Assembly (NCBI GenBank): GCA_963708045.1
Contig: OY970181.1
Location: 1,127,443-1,188,223, forward strand
Direction of reading: 5' to 3'
DNA from: an uncultured bacterium
GTDB taxonomy: Bacteria; Patescibacteriota; Patescibacteriia; CAIQCM01
DNA: 60,781 nucleotides
The notes beneath the pieces are model-generated. The model had not been told where the DNA came from, searched no databases, and saw only the letters and a list, made by a program, of their open reading frames with translations. This document shows, piece after piece, positions 37,081 through 46,109 of the stretch. The translations under genes were made by a program, and so were the position numbers. Every line of letters begins with the position of its first letter. Position 1 is the first letter of the stretch.

Positions 37081-38958
37081 TTATTCTTTGCAATATAAGC
37101 CGCCGGATGAATTAGTCGCACAAGCCGACGCACACGCAATTTCGCCACCAGCATTTGGACAACAATATGGACGGTTGGTGTCAGCGCCGCAAGCCGGGAA
37201 GAAACAATTCTGGTTCATATCAGTAATTCCCGAGGTAGCATTTGGATAATAATCAAAGCGCGTGAGCGAACAAGTACCGGTTCCGCAGTCAGAATCCACG
37301 GAACAATTTTTCCCAAGCAACGTGCCGCTTTCGCAAACGCCAACGGTCGGCGCGAGCGCTTGGTGAATTATCAAGCCGCGTGTATAAGCGATTGGATCAA
37401 GCAAAGAAACGACCGGCTTACCGTCGGTACCAATATTTTCACCAGCGCCAAAATACCAAAACGGCAACTGTTCGCGCGGGTTGGTGTTAGCCCATCCGGA
37501 AAAAAGCAAATAACGATTGTCCAAAGTCGTCATTGCCATTGGTTTTGAAAAATTAAGCTGAATTGGGGCGGTGGGATTAACTCCGCTCCCGTCAGCCATT
37601 GGAGCGGTTGAGGTAATTTTTGGCGGCATTAAGTCAATTTGATCGGAAGTTTTAAAACCCCAAGCAACACTATCGGTGGTCGGACCTTCGGCTTTGCCGT
37701 TCGCATTACCGTCTAACGAATTACCCGCAACGTCGGTTACGCCATCAAAAGGATATGGCAAATCAGCCTGCGGCGGGCTGTTATTCGCGCTCGCAGCCAT
37801 AGCTTTAATAGACAACGTTTCATTGGCTGGCAAAATATAAACGTTGTTGCCACAGGAGTTTTGACCACCCAAAACATTAGAACGGAATTCTATTGTTTTA
37901 TAAACATTGCCGATTTGCCAGTTTCCTGGCACTAATTTGTTTGCAGAATCAACGACTTTTACGTTGGAAAACGGCGGAATATCGCCAGCCGAGCCAACCG
38001 GATCAATGGCTTCGTTAAAATTAATTTGGATGAGCGAATTTCGCGGAACGCCGGCAGCGCCATTTCCCGGATAATAGGAAACAACCTGCGGCGGCGTTAT
38101 GTCTATTGTTGTTGACGTTTCAAATTCCCAGTGATAACCAACGCTCCACGACCCGTCAAAGCCAGCCGTGCCATTGGCGCGCTTAATTCCTTCGCCACCA
38201 CCTTTAAGGAAGACGGTGTATGAAACTTTTTCCGTCGGACTCCCAAGGAACTGGCTCGGCATGAAAACAAAAGTTTTATTATCGTTCGTATAGCCGTTTG
38301 CGTCAGTTATAAATTTATTCGCGTCGGTTTGTGCAATTCCACCCGCGGCAATATCCGCCGTCTTGATTATTTTTATGTTGGCGGCGTTGATCTTGCCGTC
38401 GGCGCCGATTATTGAATCGCGCAGCATGGCGATTTTAAAAGTAACGATAATTTTTGTGTTGCGCGGAATATCCGTTCCTCCCGGCGGCGGATAATGCGCT
38501 TGGATTATCCCCTCGCCCAGAGAACCAGTGTCAAAATTCGCGTACCCACCAAGGTTGGCGCCGCCGTTTGTGTTTCCGCCAGAGGTCGCGCCGATAAGTT
38601 TAGAAATAATAAATTGCGCAATCGCGAAAGCACTAAGGATGATGACCAGACCAATAACGGCATTGCGAATAATTTTTTTTGCTTCTTCAATTTTTTCTTC
38701 ATTGCCACCACCCGTCATCCACAAATAACCGGCGTAAATAATGTAACCAAGAAGCACGACGCCGACGAGCCCGAGCGCCGCCTGAATAATTCGGCCAATG
38801 ATTACGCGAATGTCACTGTTACCAAGACCGGTTCCTTGCGCAACTTGCGTAAGATCGGTTGTTAAAGTTTGCGCTAGGGCTGGCACGGCCACAAACGCAA
38901 AAACCGCGCACAGTACTGCGCCCAAAATTAACGCTGAAATATTGATGCGTTTTTTCAT
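37081..38958 (-). CDS. CPR pilin-domain protein with three Ig-like (Big_5-like) domains and Cys-rich C-terminus
   Basis: Pilin segment closely similar to that of the giant protein; P.G.G.T.IPRNT.I.V.F and PP.V....P....V..N..IQI.F repeats. Confidence 0.85.
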   Translation of the reverse strand: MKKRINISALILGAVLCAVFAFVAVPALAQTLTTDLTQVAQGTGLGNSDIRVIIGRIIQAALGLVGVVLLGYIIYAGYLWMTGGGNEEKIEEAKKIIRNAVIGLVIILSAFAIAQFIISKLIGATSGGNTNGGANLGGYANFDTGSLGEGIIQAHYPPPGGTDIPRNTKIIVTFKIAMLRDSIIGADGKINAANIKIIKTADIAAGGIAQTDANKFITDANGYTNDNKTFVFMPSQFLGSPTEKVSYTVFLKGGGEGIKRANGTAGFDGSWSVGYHWEFETSTTIDITPPQVVSYYPGNGAAGVPRNSLIQINFNEAIDPVGSAGDIPPFSNVKVVDSANKLVPGNWQIGNVYKTIEFRSNVLGGQNSCGNNVYILPANETLSIKAMAASANNSPPQADLPYPFDGVTDVAGNSLDGNANGKAEGPTTDSVAWGFKTSDQIDLMPPKITSTAPMADGSGVNPTAPIQLNFSKPMAMTTLDNRYLLFSGWANTNPREQLPFWYFGAGENIGTDGKPVVSLLDPIAYTRGLIIHQALAPTVGVCESGTLLGKNCSVDSDCGTGTCSLTRFDYYPNATSGITDMNQNCFFPACGADTNRPYCCPNAGGEIACASACATNSSGGLYCKE

Positions 38959-39065
38959 TTTTTTGCTCCTAGAGATTTGGACTACTATTATATCACGATG
39001 AAAAAAAATAACACTGGGGACATATCAAACGACCGCTCCGATAATGATCGGGGCGGCCGTTTGTT

Positions 39066-39515
39066 TTATTTAGCGGATAATATTTCTTTTACGATTTTTG
39101 AAACGAGCGAACCGTCGGCTTTTCCTTTCATAACCTTCAAAACTTCGCCCATCACGCGGCCAAAATCTTTTTCCGTAACCTCCCCAAGCTCATTGATCTT
39201 TTCCGCGACAATGGCGCGCACGGCGGCTTCGTCCATTTGTTCCGGAAGATACGACGCCAGAATCTTTAATTCTTCTTCAGCTTGCACCGCCATTTCAGGG
39301 CGACCGGCGCTAGTCGCCACTTCCAAAGCCTCGCGCATTTTTTTAACTTCGGTTTTTATAACCGCCTCCACCTCGGCGTCGGTTTCAAACTTTTTCATCT
39401 TATCAATCTCAGTGTTCTTAATCGCCGCGCGCAAAATGCGCAAAGTGGAAACTTTCTGTGCCGACTTTGCCTTCATCGCTTCTAAATACTCTTTTTCAAT
39501 GCGTTCTTTTAACAT
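39066..39515 (-). CDS. yqeY: GatB/YqeY domain protein
   Basis: AMKAK...TLRILRAAIKN, YLPEQM, GRVMGEV...ADG. Confidence 0.93.
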   Translation of the reverse strand: MLKERIEKEYLEAMKAKSAQKVSTLRILRAAIKNTEIDKMKKFETDAEVEAVIKTEVKKMREALEVATSAGRPEMAVQAEEELKILASYLPEQMDEAAVRAIVAEKINELGEVTEKDFGRVMGEVLKVMKGKADGSLVSKIVKEILSAK

Positions 39516-39569
39516 AGTGTCTGGTTTGTTAGATTATTAACCGCTATACTAGTTAGGTTAACAGGAATA

Positions 39570-39598
39570 AAAAAAATCGGCCAGAGCCGATTTTTTTC
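39570..39598 (-). terminator. Terminator after rpsU
   Basis: aaaaaaatcggc-caga-gccgattttttt. Confidence 0.75.
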
Positions 39599-39612
39599 TT
39601 AATATTTACAAC

Positions 39613-39647
39613 AAGCCAAATGCCACGTGCCACGTGCCATTTACCAC
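39613..39647. repeat. Heptamer repeats ([A/G]TGCCAC family)
   Basis: aagccaa-atgccac-gtgccac-gtgccat-ttaccac abutting the rpsU stop. Confidence 0.75.
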
Positions 39648-39901
39648 TAGCGGCGTCCGCCTTTGTGCTGGGCGCGCAATTCTTCTTCGGTCACCTGACC
39701 CGTGCGGATCATGTGTTCGCGTTCGGCCGAAATTTTGATGCGGCGGAGCGCGGTGGCGTGAGTTTTATTCTTATTCGGCTTGTTCTTGTGAAAACGAATT
39801 TTTTTCGCTTGCAAGAGACTGCCCGACATCTGCACGCGGCGCGTAAAGCGACGGAGCAGAGATTCAAAACTTTCACCTTTTTTGCGTTTGACTTCTACCA
39901 T
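39647..39901 (-). CDS. rpsU: 30S ribosomal protein S21
   Basis: MVEVKRKKGESFESLLRRFTRRVQ; GAGGTG SD; adjacent to yqeY. Confidence 0.88.
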   Translation of the reverse strand: MVEVKRKKGESFESLLRRFTRRVQMSGSLLQAKKIRFHKNKPNKNKTHATALRRIKISAEREHMIRTGQVTEEELRAQHKGGRR

Positions 39902-39923
39902 AGGTAATATTCACCTCGCACGG

Positions 39924-39952
39924 AGTATAACCTAATTTAAAAAATGTGTCAA
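39924..39952 (-). promoter_or_regulatory. sigma70 promoter for rpsU-yqeY
   Basis: Minus strand TTGACA-17-TATACT. Confidence 0.75.
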
Positions 39953-40021
39953 AAGTCGCCCTATTTATATAAAAATAGTGCAATTAGTTAAGAGTTTACA
40001 ACAAATATCAATGACACTTGC

Positions 40022-40543
40022 TTAATATAATTTAACCGCACACGAAACGTCGGAGGCATTCTGGTTGAAAAGAGCTCCCGGACCGCAAGCAGCCGGAGCC
40101 TCCAACTCATAATGTATATACTCTCCGGCAGGAAAATTAACACCGCCATCTACCCAGTTTTTTATATATATGTAACCACCTTGGCTACGAGAATTGCTAT
40201 CATTGGAATCGGTGGGTTTTTTTGTAAAAGGCGTAAAGAACCCATTGATTGTGTTGTCAATTGGTACCCATGACCAGGTGCCCGTGCATGCTGTGCTTAT
40301 ACAACCAATTCCTTCAGCACCCGCAGGATACGAGCCGTTGGCGTCAAGTCCCAAGCTAAAAGCTGTTATAAGTTGTTTAACATCAGCGATCCGTTTGGCG
40401 TTTCGCGCCTGTTTTCTCACCGAACTAAAAGCGACCACCGCGATTGTTGTAAGCAAGCCAATGATCGCAATCACAACCAAAAGCTCAACCAACGTGAACG
40501 CTGCACGGTTTCGGGTGCGTGTGTGAAAATTACACTTCGTCAT
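40022..40543 (-). CDS. Type IV pilin / pseudopilin-like protein
   Basis: Class III signal peptide AFTLVELLVVIAIIGLL (Ala rather than Gly at -1), ARNAKRIADVKQL; Cys pairs. Confidence 0.9.
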   Translation of the reverse strand: MTKCNFHTRTRNRAAFTLVELLVVIAIIGLLTTIAVVAFSSVRKQARNAKRIADVKQLITAFSLGLDANGSYPAGAEGIGCISTACTGTWSWVPIDNTINGFFTPFTKKPTDSNDSNSRSQGGYIYIKNWVDGGVNFPAGEYIHYELEAPAACGPGALFNQNASDVSCAVKLY

Positions 40544-40703
40544 AACAAACTGTATTTTATCACAAAAAACCAAACAAAAAAATTCCAAAATTTACAACAA
40601 TGTAATTTAATTAGCCGTTTCAAAAAAGATCGGGTCGGTTTTTCTAAAATCGGTTTAGATACGGTAATATGAATCAAACCTTACTAATTAAAAAAGACAA
40701 GCA

Positions 40704-41033
40704 ATGAAAATAATTAAAATATTATTATTGATAATATTTATTGGTTTATTTTTTACAACCATCTCATTGGCTGTTCCAAAAAAAATCAATAACGCACACT
40801 ATATAACCGATGTGCGGTTTGGTTTTCCAGTTGTTTTTGTTAAGCAAGACCTTTCCGCAGTTGAAAAAACATATCCCTTTATCGCTTATATCGCATCACC
40901 TTGGGAAAATCCAACCAAAATAACGTGGTCGTCGTTTTTATTAAACTTTTTAATATATAGTATTATTAGCGCGATTGTTGCTCTTTTTGCTACAAAAAAT
41001 AAATCGGGAGAGGTGCCGATAGGAAAAGCATGA
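40704..41033 (+). CDS. Small hypothetical membrane protein
   Basis: 109 aa; N- and C-terminal hydrophobic helices; RFGFPV motif. Confidence 0.65.
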   Translation: MKIIKILLLIIFIGLFFTTISLAVPKKINNAHYITDVRFGFPVVFVKQDLSAVEKTYPFIAYIASPWENPTKITWSSFLLNFLIYSIISAIVALFATKNKSGEVPIGKA

Positions 41034-41047
41034 TTACAAAATACCGC

Positions 41048-41416
41048 TCAAAAATACTCCCCGGCTCGTTCGTGGGCGAGGCGTTCCATCTCATTATCAT
41101 CGTGATTATCAATATGCGTCGCGATACAAAGCATGACCAATATTGAACCCTTGACCGCGAACCACATTCTTGGAAATTGATTTGGCCTTAGACCGGAACA
41201 TGGAAGCGCTAATTCAATCTTCCACAAAGACCAAATATCGTTCTGTGACACACGATGTAATTTTGCCGGTGCAATAACGCGCTGTGGGTTATTTGGATGA
41301 AATTGTTTTTCACACAACAACTCAAATGATTTTAAACCTTGGTGGATGGTTTTAAATCGCCGCTCAAGGGCGGCGATTTCTTTTTCAAAACAGTCGTGAC
41401 GCGAAAACACAATCAT
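41048..41416 (-). CDS. Putative toxin (RelE/ParE-like topology) of a Panacea-type TA pair
   Basis: ATGA overlap with the upstream Panacea gene; helical hairpin then WKIEL, RMWFAV, VMLCIATH strands. Confidence 0.55.
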   Translation of the reverse strand: MIVFSRHDCFEKEIAALERRFKTIHQGLKSFELLCEKQFHPNNPQRVIAPAKLHRVSQNDIWSLWKIELALPCSGLRPNQFPRMWFAVKGSILVMLCIATHIDNHDDNEMERLAHERAGEYF

Positions 41417-41904
41417 AAGTCACTAAAATCCGTGCCGCGATATGACGATAATTCATACGCAATCACCTGACTTGGTTCGGTTCCAATATATGGTGCTTCC
41501 GCATGGGTTAAATCCTCTAACTGTTTCCCGTTAAGTTTTCCATATCGTTCAGCAACTCTATCTAGCATTTTCTTTTCATCAGTGGTGAATACAGAAGTAT
41601 CTGGTTCAATTTTTGCGCTATATATCTCTGTCGGGTTATAACCGTTAAATTCTTCAACCATTTTTACGCTCAGCATTCCGTTTTTCTCCATATCTTTGGC
41701 CACACTTTCAAGCGCCGTCGGAAACGGACCCATTGGCAAAGCCTTATATGTATCACCGGTTATTGATTGATTATTTTTTTCAAAAAAATCAAAATCAGCG
41801 AAGTACAAAAGTTTCGCCAGCTTCTTTTTGCCCTTCACCTCCCCGCCCAATTTAGAGCAGAGATACAGAATCGTTTGTTCGTATTTATTTCTGTCAGTAG
41901 TCAT
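41413..41904 (-). CDS. Panacea-domain (DUF4065/SocA-like) antitoxin
   Basis: KKLAKLLYFADF, YKALPMGPFP, LEDLTH.E.P motifs. Confidence 0.85.
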   Translation of the reverse strand: MTTDRNKYEQTILYLCSKLGGEVKGKKKLAKLLYFADFDFFEKNNQSITGDTYKALPMGPFPTALESVAKDMEKNGMLSVKMVEEFNGYNPTEIYSAKIEPDTSVFTTDEKKMLDRVAERYGKLNGKQLEDLTHAEAPYIGTEPSQVIAYELSSYRGTDFSDL

Positions 41905-42009
41905 ACGTTCTTAATGTTATCTTACGATTTATTTTTTACTTTGGCAAACACTTATATTAATACAAAAACCACCGCTGAAACGATGGTTTTTGTGATGTTT
42001 AAGATTGTT

Positions 42010-43524
42010 TTATTCTTCGTCTTTGGCTTTTTCCAAAACCGGCGGTTCTTCTTCGTCAAACTTAATGCCTAGATCCTCTTCTTCTTCGGCTGGCAAAGAA
42101 ATATCTTCGCGATTACCGGGCGGCGGGGCGGTTGGTCGGGGCACGCTTGGCGTCGCGAGTTTGCGCTTTAGTTCGTTTGCAACTTTTTTAAAGTCAACAA
42201 TTTCCTGAATGCCAGAATCCATATCGCGGATAATGATCGTCCCGTCCAAAATTTCTTTCTGCCCAAGGATGATCGTAAAACGCGCGCCCTCGCGGTTAGC
42301 CGCTTCTAGTTGTTGCTTTAGTCCGTCTTTGGCCAAATTGGACGAGGCGGAAATTCCGGATTTGCGAAGTTCGTCAACAAGGACGAGTGATTTTTTGCGC
42401 GCCGCTTCGCCAAGCTGGGCGACAAAAATATCTGGACGTCCATCAATGTCTTTGTCTAGTCCCTTGGCGCGAAGTTTGGTCACAATGCGTTCAACGCCAA
42501 GTGCCAAGCCGGCGGCTGGGGTTGGACGACCGCCAATCATTTCCACAAGACCGTCATAGCGTCCGCCGCCGCCCAAAGTTGACTGCGACGCTTCGCTATC
42601 GCCTGCCGCGTAAAATTCAAAAACGGTTTTTGAATAATAATCAAGGCCGCGCACGAGCCGCGGATTTAAATTGTATTTAACACCAGCTTCGTCCAAATAT
42701 TCCAAGACGCGCATAAAATGATTCTTGCTTTCCTCGTCCAAATAATCAAGAATCTGCGGCGCGCTTTCTTTAACTGGTTGACACTCGGGCGTTTTGCAAT
42801 CCAAAACGCGAAGCGGATTTTTGGTAAGACGGCGCTTGCAATCCTCACAAATTTTGGAGCGGTTGGCACGATAGTGTGCAACGAGTTCGTTCACATAGGC
42901 GGCGCGACTTGCGGCCGTACCAATGGAGTTAATCTGAACCGACGTTTCCAGTCCAAGCGAGGTAAGCAGACTATAACCCATGGAAATAAGTTCGGCGTCC
43001 ACGATTGGATGCGCTTCGCCCAAAACTTCAAAACCAATCTGATGAAATTCGCGAAAACGTCCGGCTTGCGGGCGCTCATAGCGATAGTTCGGCCCGACAT
43101 ACCACATTTTTACCGGCTGCGGCTGGTTAAGCATTCCGTGATTAACATAGGCACGGGCAACGGAAGCCGTCATTTCTGGGCGCAGGGTTACGTTTTCTTC
43201 ACCCTTGTCAATAAACGAATACATTTCTTTTTCTACAATGTCCGTTTGTTTTCCAACCGTGCGGACAAAAAGCGAAGTCGGTTCTAGAACCGGCGTGCCA
43301 ATGCGGAAAAATCCGTGTGCGCCAGCAAACGAGCGCGCCAAATCTTCAATATGTTGAACAATCCGATATTCAGCCGGTAGGATATCGCGAAAACCGCGAA
43401 GCGTCTGGATTTCGCTCATCCCCTTTTTTGGCGTCGGAGGTTCGGCAAGTTTTTCAACTTTAACTTTTTCAACTTTTACTTTCGCTACTTTCATCGGGGT
43501 TTTTTTTATCATTTTCTTAGACAT
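42010..43524 (-). CDS. hisS: Histidine--tRNA ligase
   Basis: TLRGFRDILP, LRPEMTASVAR, YERPQAGRFREFHQ, LVRGLDYY, GGGRYDGL; Lys-rich N-terminal and acidic C-terminal extensions. Confidence 0.98.
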   Translation of the reverse strand: MSKKMIKKTPMKVAKVKVEKVKVEKLAEPPTPKKGMSEIQTLRGFRDILPAEYRIVQHIEDLARSFAGAHGFFRIGTPVLEPTSLFVRTVGKQTDIVEKEMYSFIDKGEENVTLRPEMTASVARAYVNHGMLNQPQPVKMWYVGPNYRYERPQAGRFREFHQIGFEVLGEAHPIVDAELISMGYSLLTSLGLETSVQINSIGTAASRAAYVNELVAHYRANRSKICEDCKRRLTKNPLRVLDCKTPECQPVKESAPQILDYLDEESKNHFMRVLEYLDEAGVKYNLNPRLVRGLDYYSKTVFEFYAAGDSEASQSTLGGGGRYDGLVEMIGGRPTPAAGLALGVERIVTKLRAKGLDKDIDGRPDIFVAQLGEAARKKSLVLVDELRKSGISASSNLAKDGLKQQLEAANREGARFTIILGQKEILDGTIIIRDMDSGIQEIVDFKKVANELKRKLATPSVPRPTAPPPGNREDISLPAEEEEDLGIKFDEEEPPVLEKAKDEE

Positions 43525-43530
43525 AATAAT

Positions 43531-43608
43531 TAGGGTTTAGGGTATAGAGTATAGTGAAGGGATCGAGTTAGATTTTTCTATACTCTATCCCCTATACGCT
43601 TGACCCTA
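43531..43608. repeat. TAG[G/A]GT[T/A] heptamer repeats in inverted arms
   Basis: tagggtt-tagggta-tagagta-tagtgaa ... tactcta-tccccta-tacgctt-gacccta. Confidence 0.75.
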
Positions 43609-44217
43609 CAATTTATAGACTGGTGCGGAAAACGTTTTTACGTCATTAACCGGCCAACCGCGAAGCGCCACTCGCCCAACGACATCTTTTTTGGGAACAA
43701 TGCCAAAATAACGCGAGTCAAACGAAGCCGCGCGATTGTCGCCAAGTACGAAATACTCTTGAGCGCCAAGTGTAACCCTGTCTTCGCCAGACGTTTGCAG
43801 ATCAACTGGAAGATACGAACTCTCATCAAGCACTACTGCCGAAGGCGCGCCCACGGTTTCCACATAAACCTTGCCGCCGGTTATGGTCACGGTCTCGCCT
43901 GGCAAACCAATCACGCGCTTGATAAAAAACTGCGACTCATCTTTGGGATAGCGAAAGACAACAATCTCCCCGCGCTCCGGAGCGCGAAAACGATAACTGA
44001 TCTCGTCAATTATTAAATATTGATTATCGTAAAAATTCGGTTCCATTGAAGCGCCCTTCACATAAAAAGGTTGAATGAGAAAATAACGGATCGGCACGAC
44101 GATAACCGTAACAACGAGTGCCACCTTAATAAGTTCGCCGACAAAAACAAGCGACCGTTTCCAAAGCGGCGCGTTCTCTTCGGTGTAAGTAATTTTATCT
44201 TTAGAAAAAAATGACAT
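43606..44217 (-). CDS. lepB: Signal peptidase I
   Basis: VKGASMEPN (Ser), FIKRVIGLPGE (Lys), GDNRAASFDSRYFG. Confidence 0.97.
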   Translation of the reverse strand: MSFFSKDKITYTEENAPLWKRSLVFVGELIKVALVVTVIVVPIRYFLIQPFYVKGASMEPNFYDNQYLIIDEISYRFRAPERGEIVVFRYPKDESQFFIKRVIGLPGETVTITGGKVYVETVGAPSAVVLDESSYLPVDLQTSGEDRVTLGAQEYFVLGDNRAASFDSRYFGIVPKKDVVGRVALRGWPVNDVKTFSAPVYKL

Positions 44218-44240
44218 AGATTTTTTTGTTGATTATTTCC

Positions 44241-44317
44241 TGGTGGACGATGCTGGGATCGAACCAGCGACCTTCCGCGTGTGAGGCGGACGCTCTAACC
44301 AGCTGAGCTAATCGTCC
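44241..44317 (-). tRNA. tRNA-Val (anticodon CAC)
   Basis: GGACGAT/ATCGTCC acceptor stem + ACCA; D-arm AGCTCAGCTGGTTAGAGC; anticodon arm TCCGC-CTCACAC-GCGGA; GGTTCGATCC T-loop. Confidence 0.96.
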
Positions 44318-44321
44318 GTAT

Positions 44322-44402
44322 TTAGAGATTTGATATTAGAGATTAGATGTTAGAAGATGAACGACCAACTTCTTCATTCTAATCTCAAATCTCTAATCTC
44401 AC
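44322..44402. repeat. TTAGAGA-family heptamer repeats in inverted arms, between the tRNA-Val promoter and the tRNA
   Basis: ttagaga-tttgata-ttagaga-ttagatg-ttagaag ... tctaatc-tcaaatc-tctaatc. Confidence 0.8.
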
Positions 44403-44421
44403 ATTTTTGGCTTATTTTCGG

Positions 44422-44450
44422 ACTATATCACGTTTTTGTGCACATTGCAA
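44422..44450 (-). promoter_or_regulatory. sigma70 promoter for tRNA-Val
   Basis: Minus strand TTGCAA-17-TATAGT with TG extension. Confidence 0.6.
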
Positions 44451-44568
44451 GGCGTCACTCAAGGTTTTTCATCAATTTTTTGTCGCAAAGCCAAAGCCTT
44501 GATATACTTGTATATAAATGATAAGCTTCGCTTTCGCGAAAGACATCCTTTAAACGTAAAAAAACACA

Positions 44569-45945
44569 ATGCGCATCCCTAAAATAGACTTGGCGGTACC
44601 GACCGACCACGAAATCAAGCGAAAAAAAATCTCCCGTTTGGCTATCTTTTTCTTCGTCGCCTTCATTACGATCGGCGGCGTCGCTTTTTCTTCAAATATA
44701 ATCTTTTCGGAAAATCCGGTCATCAAAATTAGCAATAATACTTTCCTTGGTGAACTTCGGACTTTCGTAAGAAGCGCTGGCCGGAAACTGAACGGCGAAG
44801 AAATTGACCGCGTGAACGCGCTCGTCCTTGGCATCGGCGGCGCTGGCCACGACGGACCAAATCTTACCGACACCATGATCCTTGTTTCTTATCAGCCGTC
44901 AACAAAAAAAGTTGCCCTTGTTTCAATCCCCCGCGACCTCTCGGTTAATGTCCCTGGTTACGGCGAAGTTAAAATCAACGCCATTAACGCCTATGCCGAG
45001 GAGCGCAAAAAAGGATCAGGTGCCGAAGAAACCGCTAAGGCCGTGGCAAGCGTTTTAAACCAGCCGATCAATTATTGGGTGCGCATTGATTTTAGCGGTT
45101 TTGAAAAAGCGATCAACACAGTGGGTGGCATTGATGTTACCATTGACCGTTCGTTCGTTGATCAAAACTTTCCAACTGGTGACGGTAGCGACACCGTCAA
45201 AACCATTAGCTTTGCCGCTGGGATGAAGCATATGAATGGCGAAACAGCGTTAGAGTTCGCCCGCTCGCGACACGGTTCAAATGGTGAAGGCTCCGATTTT
45301 GCCCGCTCCAAGCGACAAGAAAAAATCATCGTCGCCCTTCGCGACAAACTTCTTTCCGCCGGCACTCTGCTTAATCCAATCACCGTTGAATCACTATTCT
45401 CCACCTTCCGCGGATCGGTCGCGACTAATCTTGCCGCGTGGGAGGTCTTACGCATGACCGACACTTTTTCAGGCATCAAAACTTCGGACATAAAAAATAT
45501 GGTAATGAGCGACAGCAATGTTTTGGTTCCAATGATCACGAGCGCTGGCGCTTTTGTCCTCGTTCCAAAAAACAATGACTGGCAAATTGTTAAAAAATTC
45601 GTCGCTGATGCTTTTACCGACACCGCTTCGCCCGAAACTATTGCCGCTGCCTTGCCGCCAAAAGTCAGCATTGAAATATTAAATGGAACAAACATTACCG
45701 GACTGGCGCAAAAAACCGCTTCCCTGCTTGAAGCCGCCGGCTTTACCGTTTCTAAAATTGCAAACGCTGGACAAAAAGATTATCAAAAAACGGTGATCTA
45801 TGATCTTTCGGGAAAAAATTCCGAAGCCATTGCAAAATTACGGACGATCGTTGACGCCAATCTTTCGCCTTCCGTTCCCGCCGCCATTACCCCTTCCGAA
45901 AAAACCGACTTCCTCATTATTCTCGGCAAAAATGCCGCATCGTAA
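44569..45945 (+). CDS. LCP (LytR-CpsA-Psr) family protein with LytR C-terminal domain
   Basis: TM; LTDTMIL, SIPRDL, KINAINAYA, ARSRHG..GSDFARSKRQ; C-terminal IEILNGT..GLAQK. Confidence 0.93.
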   Translation: MRIPKIDLAVPTDHEIKRKKISRLAIFFFVAFITIGGVAFSSNIIFSENPVIKISNNTFLGELRTFVRSAGRKLNGEEIDRVNALVLGIGGAGHDGPNLTDTMILVSYQPSTKKVALVSIPRDLSVNVPGYGEVKINAINAYAEERKKGSGAEETAKAVASVLNQPINYWVRIDFSGFEKAINTVGGIDVTIDRSFVDQNFPTGDGSDTVKTISFAAGMKHMNGETALEFARSRHGSNGEGSDFARSKRQEKIIVALRDKLLSAGTLLNPITVESLFSTFRGSVATNLAAWEVLRMTDTFSGIKTSDIKNMVMSDSNVLVPMITSAGAFVLVPKNNDWQIVKKFVADAFTDTASPETIAAALPPKVSIEILNGTNITGLAQKTASLLEAAGFTVSKIANAGQKDYQKTVIYDLSGKNSEAIAKLRTIVDANLSPSVPAAITPSEKTDFLIILGKNAAS

Positions 45946-46067
45946 TAATACCTAATGCCTAATACCTAATATCTAATCCGGAATCGCCCCGATGGATATC
46001 GAGGTGCGCCCCGATATCCATCGGGGCGCACCTCGGATTAGGAATTAGAAATTAGATATTAGGTATT
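45946..46067. repeat. TAATACC-family heptamer arms enclosing a GC-rich palindromic core
   Basis: Left arm 45946-45979, right arm 46035-46067; core cgccccgatggatatcg..cgccccgatatccatcggggcg. Confidence 0.85.
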
Positions 46068-46109
46068 CATAAAGAAATAAACAGCAAAAATATCGCCACA
46101 GATAAAATT

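Noticed and set aside
24371-43545. Plant-telomere-like TTTAGGG repeats at 24371 and 43531
   Set aside because: Only one or two degenerate units; they belong to the general heptamer-hairpin pattern.
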